DNA from: an uncultured Lachnospiraceae bacterium
GTDB taxonomy: Bacteria; Bacillota; Clostridia; Lachnospirales; Lachnospiraceae
Direction of reading: 5' to 3'
Assembly (NCBI GenBank): GCA_947170415.1
Contig: CAMVTN010000001.1
Coordinates: 4,357 to 68,356, forward strand
Length of the DNA: 64,000 nucleotides
Position 1 is the stretch's first letter. The number at the start of each line of letters is the position of its first letter. Position numbers and translations under genes: made by a program. The notes beneath the pieces are model-generated. The model was not told the DNA's origin, made no database searches, and saw only the letters and a list, made by a program, of their open reading frames with translations. This document shows, one piece after another, positions 50,389-60,930 of the stretch.

Positions 50389-51765
50389 TTAACTTTCTTT
50401 TTTGCTCGCGTTCTCTTCAGTATCCATATCAGCACCATTTTTTAGCAATCTCATATGTTCCCTGATCTTTTTCTCATATCCCATTCCCGAGACATGATAA
50501 AACTCACGACCGTCCAGTTCATATGGCATGTATTGCTGCTTTACGTAATGATTCTTGTAATCATGTGCATACTGATATCCTACTCCATGCCCAAGCTTAT
50601 CCGCACTTTTATAATGAGCATCCTGCAGATGTGTAGGTATAGTCACGCTTCTCGTCTCCTTTACTGCCTGCATTGCCTCAAATATTGCTTCACAAGAAGC
50701 GTTACTTTTCGGAGCAGTTGCAATATATGTCACTGCCTGAGCTAAAATGATCTGAGCCTCCGGCATTCCAACTCTTTCTACCGCCTGAGCAGCCGAAACA
50801 GCTACCTGCAAAGCCTGAGGATCTGCATTACCCACATCCTCAGATGCACAGATCATTATACGCCGTGCAATAAACTTTATATCTTCACCGGCATTAAGCA
50901 TTTTCGCCAGGTAAAACACTGCCGCATCAGGATCTGATCCACGCATGCTTTTAATAAATGCGGAAACAGTATCATAATGATTATCGCCGTCTTTATCATA
51001 TCTGACCACACGCTTTTGGATACATTCACTTGCTACATCCAATGAAATATGTATCTTTCCATCATCAGATTTTTCGGTAGTCATAACTGCGAGTTCTATC
51101 GCATTTAACGCAGATCTCGCGTCTCCATCCGACTGATCAGCAAGAAACTCCAACGCATCATCATCAATCTCAGCTCCGTATGCTCCAAGTCCCTTATCAA
51201 CATCCGTTATCGCTCTTTTTATAAGCGTCCGGACATTATCCATATTAAGCGGTTTTAGCTCAAAGATTATAGATCTGGATAAAAGCGCTCCATTCACTTC
51301 AAAATACGGATTTTCTGTAGTAGCGCCGATAAGTATCACTGTTCCATCTTCAACAAAAGGCAACAAATAATCCTGCTGTCCTTTATTAAATCGATGTATC
51401 TCATCTATGAAAAGAATCGTCTTCTTTCCATACATTCCCTGATTATTTTTTGCATCAGCGGTGACACTTTCCATGTCTTTTTTTCCGGCGACCGTAGCGT
51501 TCAACTGAACAAATTCAGCCCTCGTGGTATTGGCTATCACTTTTGCGATAGTCGTTTTTCCGGTTCCCGGAGGTCCGTACAGGATCAGCGAAGACAGCTT
51601 ATCTGCCTTGATAGCACGATACAGCATCTTGTCCTTTCCGACAATATGCTCCTGTCCTACCACTTCATCAAGACTCGCCGGTCGCATACGTGCTGCGAGA
51701 GGTGACTCTTTTTTCATATTGTTCTGACGCATGTAATCAAACAGATCCATTTTATCTTCCGCCAA
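50389..51765 (-). CDS. rarA: Replication-associated recombination protein A (MgsA/RarA)
   Basis: PLAARMRP, GPPGTGKT, DEIHRFNK, SAFIKSMRGSD and ASEDVGNAD motifs. Confidence 0.96.
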   Translation of the reverse strand: MAEDKMDLFDYMRQNNMKKESPLAARMRPASLDEVVGQEHIVGKDKMLYRAIKADKLSSLILYGPPGTGKTTIAKVIANTTRAEFVQLNATVAGKKDMESVTADAKNNQGMYGKKTILFIDEIHRFNKGQQDYLLPFVEDGTVILIGATTENPYFEVNGALLSRSIIFELKPLNMDNVRTLIKRAITDVDKGLGAYGAEIDDDALEFLADQSDGDARSALNAIELAVMTTEKSDDGKIHISLDVASECIQKRVVRYDKDGDNHYDTVSAFIKSMRGSDPDAAVFYLAKMLNAGEDIKFIARRIMICASEDVGNADPQALQVAVSAAQAVERVGMPEAQIILAQAVTYIATAPKSNASCEAIFEAMQAVKETRSVTIPTHLQDAHYKSADKLGHGVGYQYAHDYKNHYVKQQYMPYELDGREFYHVSGMGYEKKIREHMRLLKNGADMDTEENASKKES

Positions 51766-51988
51766 GTTTTCCTAAAGTCTGCAGGAGTTCAACATCTTCT
51801 GCAGCAACCTTTATATTTGACCTTTTGGTAATACCGTCAGGAGTAGTTACCATGAATTCGATAACAGTTCCTTCCTTTAAAGCTGTATCTTTTACATCGC
51901 TCAAAAATTTGGGGAACATAGGGTGGCGCTTTGCAAACGCATCGATCTTACCCTTAATTGCCAGCATTTCCATCATATTCGGTGCCAT
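51752..51988 (-). CDS. Hypothetical protein
   Basis: 78-aa ORF co-oriented with rarA and overlapping its start. Confidence 0.7.
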   Translation of the reverse strand: MAPNMMEMLAIKGKIDAFAKRHPMFPKFLSDVKDTALKEGTVIEFMVTTPDGITKRSNIKVAAEDVELLQTLGKLGGR

Positions 51989-52011
51989 TTTGTACCTGCT
52001 TTCTAAACGCT

Positions 52012-52182
52012 TTACCTGAACTGATTCATTTCAGGATCATAGTGATAATCAATCTTTGCAAGTTTTTCTTTCAGTTCTTCCTGATCTACATCATTAGCCT
52101 TGCAATACCGCTCCAATGTAGGAAAACGATCTCTCAACTGTGTATTTATCATGCTCATAAGCATTACGGGATCTTCAGGCAT
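52012..52182 (-). CDS. DUF4250-family small protein (not in ORF track)
   Basis: MPEDPVMLMSMINTQLRDRFPTLERYCKANDVDQEELKEKLAKIDYHYDPEMNQFR, with an AAGGAAG SD. The P.DP.ML.S.IN..LRD...NQF pattern matches the family. Confidence 0.85.
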   Translation of the reverse strand: MPEDPVMLMSMINTQLRDRFPTLERYCKANDVDQEELKEKLAKIDYHYDPEMNQFR

Positions 52183-52212
52183 TTCTTACTTCCTTTCAAA
52201 ACACAAAACTAC

Positions 52213-53367
52213 TTATACCAGAGCTTTTACAGCCTCTGCAACTGCTTCGGCAACTCCGGGGGCAAATGCTTCCGGGATGATAAAGTCTTCATTTAATTTG
52301 TCTTCCGGAACAAGTGATGCAAGCTTTTCAGCAATAGCAAGCTTCATCTCCTCAGTGATCTGCGGCGCACGTGACTCAAGCGCACCCTTGAAAATACCGG
52401 GGAATGCAATAACATTATTGATCTGATTCGGGAAATCAGAACGACCTGTTCCAACAACCCTTGCTCCTGCTGCCTTTGCCTCATCCGGCATGATCTCAGG
52501 CACAGGATTTGCCATAGCAAAGATGATCGCATCTTTATTCATTGACTTGACCATTTCCTGTGTAACACTCTTAGGAGCTGAAACACCAACAAAAATATCC
52601 GCGCCGACAAGAGCATCTGCGAGAGAACCAGACTTATTCTCGAGATTTGTTACCTCAAGCATCTCTTTCTTGATCCAGTTAAGTTTGCTCTGATCACGAT
52701 CTCTGCTGATGATACCGCTTCTATCGCAAAGGATCAGATTCTTAAAACCGTAACGCAGTAAGAGCTTACTGATAGCTATTCCTGCAGCTCCTGCTCCGTT
52801 AACTACGATCTTACATTCTTCTTTTTTCTTTCCGGTGATCTTCAGCGCATTGATGATAGCTGCCAAAACAACGATAGCTGTTCCGTGCTGATCATCGTGA
52901 AATACCGGTATATCAAGCTCTTTCTTAAGCCTGTCTTCAATTTCAAAGCATCTGGGAGCAGATATATCTTCCAGATTTATGCCGCCAAAGCCGGGAGCGA
53001 TCCACTTCACAGCTTTAATGATCTCTTCTGTATCCTGTGTATCAAGGCAGATCGGCACTGCATTTACACCGCCAAACTCCTTGAAAAGAACTGCTTTTCC
53101 TTCCATAACAGGCATAGCAGCCTTTGCGCCTATATTTCCAAGTCCAAGAACAGCACTACCGTCAGAAACAACCGCAACAGTATTTGCTTTAATAGTATAT
53201 TTGTAAGCTGCCGAAGGATCCTCCGCAATTACCTTACAGGGTTCTGCAACGCCCGGTGTATATGCAAGAGCAAGGTCTTCTCTGGTATCAACATGTGCCT
53301 TAGCAACTGTATCCAGTTTTCCCTGCCATTCCTCGTGAAGCTTCAGTGCCTTTTCTGCGTTAGTCAT
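52213..53367 (-). CDS. NAD(P)-dependent malic enzyme (small type)
   Basis: AYTPGVAEPC, LEDISAP, FHDDQHGTA, GAGAAG and TGRSDFPNQ motifs. Confidence 0.95.
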   Translation of the reverse strand: MTNAEKALKLHEEWQGKLDTVAKAHVDTREDLALAYTPGVAEPCKVIAEDPSAAYKYTIKANTVAVVSDGSAVLGLGNIGAKAAMPVMEGKAVLFKEFGGVNAVPICLDTQDTEEIIKAVKWIAPGFGGINLEDISAPRCFEIEDRLKKELDIPVFHDDQHGTAIVVLAAIINALKITGKKKEECKIVVNGAGAAGIAISKLLLRYGFKNLILCDRSGIISRDRDQSKLNWIKKEMLEVTNLENKSGSLADALVGADIFVGVSAPKSVTQEMVKSMNKDAIIFAMANPVPEIMPDEAKAAGARVVGTGRSDFPNQINNVIAFPGIFKGALESRAPQITEEMKLAIAEKLASLVPEDKLNEDFIIPEAFAPGVAEAVAEAVKALV

Positions 53368-53608
53368 CTCTGCTGTCCTTTCCTAATTGGTAAACTATCG
53401 TAATACGGTAACCCGAGGTTAAAACCGCGCAACCATTCCCTATTGTAAGTTGCATTTCTGTTTCTTTCAAGGATTCTTTTATAAGGTTATAAAGTTTTTA
53501 TTATTCGAATATATCTTTATTGATAATTTCAACTTATAATAGGTAGATACGTTACAAACAGAACCTACACGGTTCTAATATCTATAAAATTAAGGAATCC
53601 GTTCACAA

Positions 53609-54982
53609 ATGACAAATATAAACGAAGAATTATCCCAAACCGCAGTACTCGTTGGTCTTGATCTGCCTGATGGCACAAATTTTGATAAATCAATACGAGA
53701 AATGAAAGACCTGGCAGAAGCAGTCGGAATAAAAGTTATCATGACCGCAACCCAGTCACTTCCTGTTCAAAACACTGCAACTTATATAGGAAGCGGAAAA
53801 GTCGAAGAAATACGTGCTCTTGTAGATGAACTTACGCCAGATCTCGTTCTATTCGACAATTCTCTTTCACCTATACAGTTAAGAAATCTCAGCAAAGAAC
53901 TGGATTGTGAGATTTTGGACCGAACCCAGCTCATTCTCCGTATTTTTTCAGAAAGAGCCCGCACGAGAGAAGCCAAGCTTCAGGTAGAAAGTGCAGAGTT
54001 AGCATATTTCCTTCCCCGGCTCGTAGGTCTCAGAACAAAGCTCGGACGTCAGGGTGGAACCAGCGGTTCCATGAGTAACAAGGGCCAGGGTGAGACACAG
54101 ATCGAACTCGACCGCCGACATATCGAACACAGAATGGCACAGCTAAGGCGCGAACTTTCAACCGTTGAGCAGGAGCGCGCTACCCAGAGAAAACGCCGCG
54201 CAGCTTCCGGTATTCCAAAGGTTGCTCTTGTCGGATACACAAATGCAGGAAAATCAACCATCATGAATGCTATGCTTTCTAAATTCAGCACGGATGTAAT
54301 GGACGAAAAATCCGTATTTGAAAAAGATATGCTTTTTGCAACTCTGGATACTTCTGTAAGAAAGATAGATCCGGGTCAGGGGAGAAAGGCATTTCTGCTG
54401 TCTGACACGGTCGGATTTATAAGCAATCTTCCAACTACTCTTATAAAGGCTTTCCGCTCTACTCTTGAAGAGGTTAAGTACGCTGATATGCTGCTGCTTG
54501 TATCAGACCTTTCTGACCCGGAATACAGAGAAAACCTCAGAGTTACGGAAGAGACACTTTTTGAGATCGGTGCCGGAGATATACCTCGGATCTATGTTTA
54601 TAACAAAGCTGATCTCGCTTCTGATCCGGATATAAATGTAATGCATGATCCGACCCAGGAAGAGTCCCGTAAAGAAAACAAATATACCTCAGATCCTCAT
54701 AAGAACAGAAAAGAGTCTCATTCATCCGAGTCAAGGCGGATCACTATTTCCGCAAAGAAAAAAGCCGATATAGAACGTCTCGTTGATGAGATCGAAGATG
54801 CCGTTAATTCAGGTCGTGTTGAATGTGACATGCTCATTCCCTACACCGATGGACGTGTACTGGATGCACTTAAGAAAAACTCCAGTCTAACGATCGAAGG
54901 ATATGATGAGAAAGGCACAAAAATCCATGTATTCTGCACAAAGGCTGATTTTAACCGATACAATGAATATGTTGTTATGTAA
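53609..54982 (+). CDS. hflX: Ribosome-splitting GTPase HflX
   Basis: IGSGK, GYTNAGKS, LFATLD, DTVGF and NKAD motifs. Confidence 0.96.
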   Translation: MTNINEELSQTAVLVGLDLPDGTNFDKSIREMKDLAEAVGIKVIMTATQSLPVQNTATYIGSGKVEEIRALVDELTPDLVLFDNSLSPIQLRNLSKELDCEILDRTQLILRIFSERARTREAKLQVESAELAYFLPRLVGLRTKLGRQGGTSGSMSNKGQGETQIELDRRHIEHRMAQLRRELSTVEQERATQRKRRAASGIPKVALVGYTNAGKSTIMNAMLSKFSTDVMDEKSVFEKDMLFATLDTSVRKIDPGQGRKAFLLSDTVGFISNLPTTLIKAFRSTLEEVKYADMLLLVSDLSDPEYRENLRVTEETLFEIGAGDIPRIYVYNKADLASDPDINVMHDPTQEESRKENKYTSDPHKNRKESHSSESRRITISAKKKADIERLVDEIEDAVNSGRVECDMLIPYTDGRVLDALKKNSSLTIEGYDEKGTKIHVFCTKADFNRYNEYVVM

Positions 54983-55110
54983 CGCATAGCATAACACAAA
55001 GATTTAGCTATGCTTTATAGCTATTATTTTGTGATGTGCTCTTTTTGATAGCTTATTTCATGTTTTCATTCCTTATACTTTTATTAGCGTTTTGCTATTA
55101 TTTGTAACAA

Positions 55111-55572
55111 TTGATCACATTTTTGCAAGGAATGTTTTGCATGCATAAAACAAAAATATCTCAAAAGCTATTTGATCTACGCAAAGATGCACATTACACC
55201 CAGCAATTTGTAGCTGACTATCTTGGGATCGTCCGTCAGACCTATTCTCATTACGAAACTGATCGACTAACCCCTAGTTTGGACGTACTATGCAGCCTTG
55301 CCGAGCTTTATCATATCGCACCGGAAATACTGCTTAGCCTTGTCATCCCTTCTGATATCTTAAAATCAGAAAATACGTCTGAATCTGCGCAAGAACTCGA
55401 TTCATATCTCAACTTCAGCAGCACACTTTCAAATCGTGTTAAATATCAGGGATGTTCTGTTATCGAGAAAAAATTGCTATACTACTTTTCAATGCTTAAC
55501 AGCCTCGATCAGAACCGCTTGATCCATATTGCAAGGATTTTGTCGGACCAGAAACTAACACAAAAGCCGTGA
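55111..55572 (+). CDS. XRE-family HTH regulator (start may be ATG 55132 or 55141)
   Basis: LRKDAHYTQQFVADYLGIVRQTYSHYE HTH_3 pattern. Confidence 0.85.
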   Translation: MITFLQGMFCMHKTKISQKLFDLRKDAHYTQQFVADYLGIVRQTYSHYETDRLTPSLDVLCSLAELYHIAPEILLSLVIPSDILKSENTSESAQELDSYLNFSSTLSNRVKYQGCSVIEKKLLYYFSMLNSLDQNRLIHIARILSDQKLTQKP

Positions 55573-55601
55573 AACGATGATCCATCGTTTTCACGGCTTT
55601 T
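55562..55601. terminator. Bidirectional terminator
   Basis: AAAAGCCGTGAAACGATG...CATCGTTTTCACGGCTTTT between convergent genes. Confidence 0.85.
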
Positions 55602-55621
55602 ATACTATATCAACTATTCGT

Positions 55622-56113
55622 TTAGAACCAACCGATCAAAGCTACCGAGCGGACAGCACTGAAAACTCCGAACGACAATGCTCCCATGATCGCTCCTGCA
55701 AGGAGTACGCCACCAAGTACTGCTGCTGTGCTTTTCTTAAAATCCATATCAAGAAAACTAGCTGCAAGCATTCCTGTCCACGCCCCTGTTCCCGGAAGCG
55801 GAATACCTACAAAGAGCAGTAGTGCAACATAAAGTCCGTTCTTTGCTTTCTCCTGAAGAGCTTTTCCACCCTTCTCACCCTTTTTCAGGCACCACTGAAA
55901 AGACTTTCCGATAACAGGCTTGTCTTTACCCCACTCTAAAATCCTCCTCGCGAAAAGGAAAATAAAAGGTACCGGTATCATATTTCCGATAATGCAGATA
56001 ACAAACGCCTGCGCTAAAGGAATACCAAGTCCCTGAGAAATCGGGATAGCTCCTCTTAACTCAATAATAGGGAGCATCGATACAAACAAAACCCATAAAT
56101 ATTTTGAAATCAT
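55622..56113 (-). CDS. Small multi-drug export family (COG2426-like) membrane protein
   Basis: SMLPIIELRGAIP and FVGIPLPGTGAWTG motifs. Start moved to ATG 56113. Confidence 0.9.
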   Translation of the reverse strand: MISKYLWVLFVSMLPIIELRGAIPISQGLGIPLAQAFVICIIGNMIPVPFIFLFARRILEWGKDKPVIGKSFQWCLKKGEKGGKALQEKAKNGLYVALLLFVGIPLPGTGAWTGMLAASFLDMDFKKSTAAVLGGVLLAGAIMGALSFGVFSAVRSVALIGWF

Positions 56114-56186
56114 ATAAATCCTCACATCTGCAGACCGATCACTATAGATCAAAACTGCTTATTCATTTCAAAAATCACCTTACTAT

Positions 56187-56377
56187 GATGACAAGGTCAA
56201 AAGTAAAAAATTCGATTGTGCTTGCACAAAAAGAATTTTTTATTTGGGACCCGCAAAACACGAGCATGTAGCATAGTTACGCGGAATGCGAGTGTTTTAG
56301 AATTGCGTGAGCTTCATCAGAAGCGAAGCAATTCGTGTCATTAGTAAGGGGCAAAAAAGACTTTTGCCCCTTACATC
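56187..56377 (+). mobile_element. Family A element, 191-bp form (empty of B)
   Basis: Terminal IR GATGACAAGGTCAAAAG / CTTTTGCCCCTTACATC; flanks CTTACTAT / CTTATTAT (7/8). Shares TTACGCGGAATGCGAGTGTTTTAG with the 13890 copy. Confidence 0.9.
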
Positions 56378-56399
56378 CTTATTATTTCTAACATAGTAA

Positions 56400-56427
56400 A
56401 GGCGGGCTGTCAATCTCAGCCCGCCTA
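56400..56427 (-). terminator. Terminator after secDF
   Basis: AGGCGGGCTG...CAGCCCGCCT stem. Confidence 0.7.
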
Positions 56428-56456
56428 AATTTTTAATTCATTTTTTGCTACAGATC

Positions 56457-58622
56457 TTATTCTGCCTTCTTGCCGGATCTGCTCTTCCATCCTGCCCACA
56501 GAGATGCTGCGATGCAGATAGATGAATAACATCCACTAACAAGACCAAACAGCATCGGCAGTGAGAACTGATAGATAGATGAGATATGGAACATCACAGA
56601 AGCTACCAGGATAACTGCTATACATACGATCGTTGTTACAGATGTATTTACAGAACGTGAAAGCACCTGAGTTACACTGAGATCAACAAGCTCTGCAAGA
56701 GAGATCTTAGGATTGATGTTCTTATTCTCACGGATACGGTCATAAACAACGATCGTATCATTAATTGAATAACCGATGATAGTCAAAACTACTGCTACAA
56801 ACGAACTACCAAGGGGGATACCAAACAGCGTAAATGCAAATACTACGATACATACGTCATGTATCAAAGCCATAAGCGCTGTCACACCTGCTGAAAGTCC
56901 GGATAATGTCGAGAATCTGAGACCGATGTAAAGAAGAATACATACAAACGCAAGAACAACTGCGATCATCGCATTTCTAAGAGCCTTAGCTCCTACATAC
57001 GGTTCTACTGCAAATGTCTGGCTAGGCTCAAGATTATCAATACCGATAACCTTTCCTACTGCTCCACTTGCTGCGCTCTGCTCTTCAGGTGTAAGACCGT
57101 TATTTCCTGCCATTGTAGCAACGATAGTTGTACCGGCCTGACTTGTGCTTACCTGAACAGTCGCACTTCTGTCGATAGCACTCTGTATACCAGAAGCGAT
57201 TCCCTCTGTATCGATATTATTTGTAGATACTGTATACTCAAGAACAGTACCACCAGTGAACTGAGTATCAAGCTTGATGCCTCTTACAAAAATTGCTGCG
57301 ATACCGATAACAAAGATAATTCCTGAAACATATGCACAGCGGATCTTCTTTTCAAAGAATGAGAAAGGCTTTTTCTCTTTCTTCTGACGGAAGCATTTCT
57401 CATTATTACATGCATCATATGCACACATTGACTGAAGAACAAAACGAGAAACATTTACGCCTACAAAACAGTTAACGATAACACCTACAAGAAGTGTATA
57501 TCCGAAGGAAAGCATTGTACCTGATCCAAAGATCATAAGCACGATAGCTACGATAGCTGTTGTGATATTTCCATCAAGAACTGATGTAAATGCCTTACTA
57601 TAACCACGCTTAACCGCTGCTCTAACTGTCTCGCCCTTCGCAAGTTCCTCAGAGATACGCTCAGAGATAATAACGTTCGCGTCTACTGCCATACCTACTG
57701 ACAGGATAACACCGGCGATACCGGGAAGCGTCAGTGTGTACTGCGGTATTGATATTGCAAGGAGCTGCAGTACCATCTGGAACAGAAGCATTAGACATGC
57801 TACGAATCCCGGAAGCTTGTAAACAAACAGCATAAACAGGCAAACCAGAACGAATGCAATAACGGCTGCATATACCATTACATTCAGCGCATTCTGTCCA
57901 AGAGACGGGCTGATAGTGCTGAATGAACGTGTCTCAAGCGCAAACGGAAGAGCACCTGCATTGATCTTGTTCGCAAGATCCTGTGCTGCCTCATAGTTTT
58001 CCATACCGGTGATAACTGCCTGTCCGCCGGAGATCTCAGTCTGTACTACAGGATTTGAAATAAGCACATCATCCATGTAGATTCCCATTCTCTGACCAAC
58101 AAGGGATGCTGTTGCTTCCTGGAACTTCTGAGCACCTTCGCTGTCAAAAGTCAGTGCAACGACATAGGATACCATTCCGTTATCCTTCTGAGCTTCAGGC
58201 TTTGCAGAGGAAACGTTTTTACCCTCTACCATGATGTTTCCACTGGGATCCTGGAATGTAAGTGATGCCATCTCACCTAACTCTGAGATAGCCTCTTCCG
58301 GATTATAGTTCTTTTCATCAGACTTCCAAGGGAAACGGACGATGATATATCCGCCCTCTTTGTCGATCGTGATCTCACGATCTGTGATGTTCTCATTATC
58401 AAGACGTGTTTCCATTATGCTTCGAGCAGACTCAAGATCACTTTCCGCAACCTTTTCATCTGTCTCAGGCTTGAAAACTGCCTCAACACCGCCTCGGATA
58501 TCGATACCGAAACGAATGTCCGGTACGCCCTTGACCTGATCGCCGATACCAAATACAGCGACAAGGATCAGAAGCACCGTAATAATGAGGAAAATAAAGA
58601 CATTCTTCTTACTTGCTTTCAT
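56457..58622 (-). CDS. secDF: Fused protein translocase subunit SecDF
   Basis: GIDIRGG, GMAVDANVIISERI and GYSINDTIVVYDRIREN motifs. Confidence 0.95.
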   Translation of the reverse strand: MKASKKNVFIFLIITVLLILVAVFGIGDQVKGVPDIRFGIDIRGGVEAVFKPETDEKVAESDLESARSIMETRLDNENITDREITIDKEGGYIIVRFPWKSDEKNYNPEEAISELGEMASLTFQDPSGNIMVEGKNVSSAKPEAQKDNGMVSYVVALTFDSEGAQKFQEATASLVGQRMGIYMDDVLISNPVVQTEISGGQAVITGMENYEAAQDLANKINAGALPFALETRSFSTISPSLGQNALNVMVYAAVIAFVLVCLFMLFVYKLPGFVACLMLLFQMVLQLLAISIPQYTLTLPGIAGVILSVGMAVDANVIISERISEELAKGETVRAAVKRGYSKAFTSVLDGNITTAIVAIVLMIFGSGTMLSFGYTLLVGVIVNCFVGVNVSRFVLQSMCAYDACNNEKCFRQKKEKKPFSFFEKKIRCAYVSGIIFVIGIAAIFVRGIKLDTQFTGGTVLEYTVSTNNIDTEGIASGIQSAIDRSATVQVSTSQAGTTIVATMAGNNGLTPEEQSAASGAVGKVIGIDNLEPSQTFAVEPYVGAKALRNAMIAVVLAFVCILLYIGLRFSTLSGLSAGVTALMALIHDVCIVVFAFTLFGIPLGSSFVAVVLTIIGYSINDTIVVYDRIRENKNINPKISLAELVDLSVTQVLSRSVNTSVTTIVCIAVILVASVMFHISSIYQFSLPMLFGLVSGCYSSICIAASLWAGWKSRSGKKAE

Positions 58623-58870
58623 TGTTGCTACATCCTTCCATGCTAAATTTCTTTTTCTCTCCCGCCTCTTTGCGATCTTTCCCCAAAATCGTTTTTCAGC
58701 AGAGAAAGGAATGTGTACTCCCCCTGTTTCTTCTCAGGAAAGAGGATTTAAAAAAATTAAATCGGACACTGTGCTGAAGTGTATTCATACTCGCACAATA
58801 TCCGATTTATAATACCAAAATACGCTGAAAACTTCAAGATATACGTATTTTTCAGACAACTTTATTAATC

Positions 58871-59833
58871 CTACCGCTTTGATTTATCGTAGGTTTCGCC
58901 TAACGCCTTAGGTGCCTGATTATTCTTTGAAAGGAATATAAGCAGGAACAGCGTAAGCACATAAGGCAGAATCATTACCAGATCTGAATATGCACTCGGC
59001 ATACCGAGAGCCTGTACAAGCTGATATCCGCCGCTTCTCGCAAATCCGAATATAAGACAGGCCGCAAGGCTCGGAAGCAGATTCCAGTTACCGAATATAT
59101 ATCCCGCGATCGCAAGATAACCGTATCCCATATAAATGTCTCCGGAAAACTTTGCAGAAATAGAATACGCAAAACAAATACCGGCAAGACCTGAAAGCGC
59201 ACCGGATACGCACACCGCAAGCGCACGTATCTTTGCCACATCTCCTCCGGCAGCATCAACAGCATGCGGATTATCACCACAAGCACGCAGTCTCAGGCCA
59301 AAAGTTGTCTTGTAAAGAAAATACCATGCTATTATCGCGATAATGATGATCACAAATTCAAAAGGGTATACGCTCTTAAAAAATGCTCCTATAACAGGAA
59401 TCTTTGAAAGTCCGGGAATCGTTATCCTTGCAGAAACCCCAAGATCAAATTTATCAGAAGGCGCACCGAAAACCTTTTTATTTATGGTCTTTGTCATAAA
59501 TGTAGTAAGCGCAACAGCAAGGATATTTATAACAACACCGCTTATAACCTGGTTCGCCTTGAACTTAATACAAAGTGTCACATGGAGAAGTGAATAAACG
59601 GCCCCGCCTATCATCGCAAAGATAAGCGCCATCCAATAAGGAACCGAAGAGCCTGCCCCCATCGATCTCATCAGACAGTATGCCACCAGCGCTCCTGTAA
59701 ATGCTCCAAATCCCTGCAAACCTTCAAGAGCAAGATTTGTTATTCCGGATCTTTCGGAATAAATACCTCCGATAGCCATTACAAAAAGAGGGAGCGCAAA
59801 GCTCATTCCGTCGATTATGATATTGTCGATCAT
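58871..59833 (-). CDS. Nucleoside/sugar ABC transporter permease 2
   Basis: SERSGITNLALEG, GLRLRACGDNP and LPYVLTL motifs. Confidence 0.92.
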   Translation of the reverse strand: MIDNIIIDGMSFALPLFVMAIGGIYSERSGITNLALEGLQGFGAFTGALVAYCLMRSMGAGSSVPYWMALIFAMIGGAVYSLLHVTLCIKFKANQVISGVVINILAVALTTFMTKTINKKVFGAPSDKFDLGVSARITIPGLSKIPVIGAFFKSVYPFEFVIIIIAIIAWYFLYKTTFGLRLRACGDNPHAVDAAGGDVAKIRALAVCVSGALSGLAGICFAYSISAKFSGDIYMGYGYLAIAGYIFGNWNLLPSLAACLIFGFARSGGYQLVQALGMPSAYSDLVMILPYVLTLFLLIFLSKNNQAPKALGETYDKSKR

Positions 59834-60930
59834 GCCTTTGCTCCTTTCTTTCTGCTTTCTTCTGCCTTTTTCTGTGCCAGTTTTTCTAAGAAAAATGCAT
59901 TGCAGGCACTAAACAGAAGTATTAATCCTGTGATAACCGATGCGATCTCGGATTCCAGACCTGACTGAGAACTCATATATGCCGAACCATTCTGAATTAT
60001 TTCTATAAGGAACGATGCAACAAGTATTCCTACAGGATCATTGTTTCCAAGAAGTCCGACCGCAATAGCATCATATCCTGTAGAAACAAGCACCTTAGGC
60101 TGGATCGACGCAAAATATCCAAGATAATAGGTAACACCGGCAATACCTGCAAGAGCACCGGATATTGCCATAGATACTATCAGACTTCTTCCTGTCCTGA
60201 TACCTGCATACTTTGCTGCAACTTTATTTGATCCAACTGCGTGAAGCTCATATCCAAGCACTGTGCGATCAAACATAAATTTAACTGCGATAACTGCAAT
60301 TATTGCAAGAACGAATCCCAACGGAATGTCATATTTATAACCGCCAAGTTTTATCTGATGAAGAGTAAGTCTGGCACTATCGCAAATATTCTTTGACTGA
60401 CGAGATACCGGATCAACATACTTCGTCTGGATAAAGAAGCTTATTACATATCGCACGATATAGTTGATCATGATCGATGAAACAACTTCGTTGATATTAA
60501 ACCGCTCTTTCAGGAATCCGATCAATGATCCAACCAACATTCCGGCAATGATACCAATGATCAATACCAGAGGCTTAGCGATCGGAGCCGCCAATGTACT
60601 ATATCCGATAGTTATAGATGCAATAAAACCGGCAGTGAGCATCTGTCCTGAAATACCAATATTAAAAAGGCCTGCTCTCATAGCAACAGCATACGAAAGC
60701 GCTGCAAATACCATAGGCGTCAGGAAATCAATATAGCTGGAAAGATCCGTGATCATACTCTTTCCACCGCCGTATTTTCCCTTTGGTAAAAGTCCACACC
60801 CCTGTAACAAATTGAAATATGCCGTAAGCGGATTTTTCCCAAGTATCAGTATTACTACCGCGCCTGCCAAAAGACTAAGTAAAACCGAAAGGATCGCTAC
60901 ACGGATCCGTGTTTTATTTTGATCAGTCAT
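59830..60930 (-). CDS. Nucleoside/sugar ABC transporter permease 1
   Basis: GLFNIGISGQ, NEVVSSIMINY and AAKYAGI motifs. Confidence 0.92.
   Translation of the reverse strand: MTDQNKTRIRVAILSVLLSLLAGAVVILILGKNPLTAYFNLLQGCGLLPKGKYGGGKSMITDLSSYIDFLTPMVFAALSYAVAMRAGLFNIGISGQMLTAGFIASITIGYSTLAAPIAKPLVLIIGIIAGMLVGSLIGFLKERFNINEVVSSIMINYIVRYVISFFIQTKYVDPVSRQSKNICDSARLTLHQIKLGGYKYDIPLGFVLAIIAVIAVKFMFDRTVLGYELHAVGSNKVAAKYAGIRTGRSLIVSMAISGALAGIAGVTYYLGYFASIQPKVLVSTGYDAIAVGLLGNNDPVGILVASFLIEIIQNGSAYMSSQSGLESEIASVITGLILLFSACNAFFLEKLAQKKAEESRKKGAKA

Noticed and set aside
53520-53608. HflXr-type leader-peptide attenuator
   Set aside because: A hairpin is present, but there is no uORF and no terminator U-tract.
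54615-54740. Insertions in HflX (and in the CarA linker) as inteins or mobile inserts
   Set aside because: They are short hydrophilic loops with no intein terminal residues and no IR or TSD.
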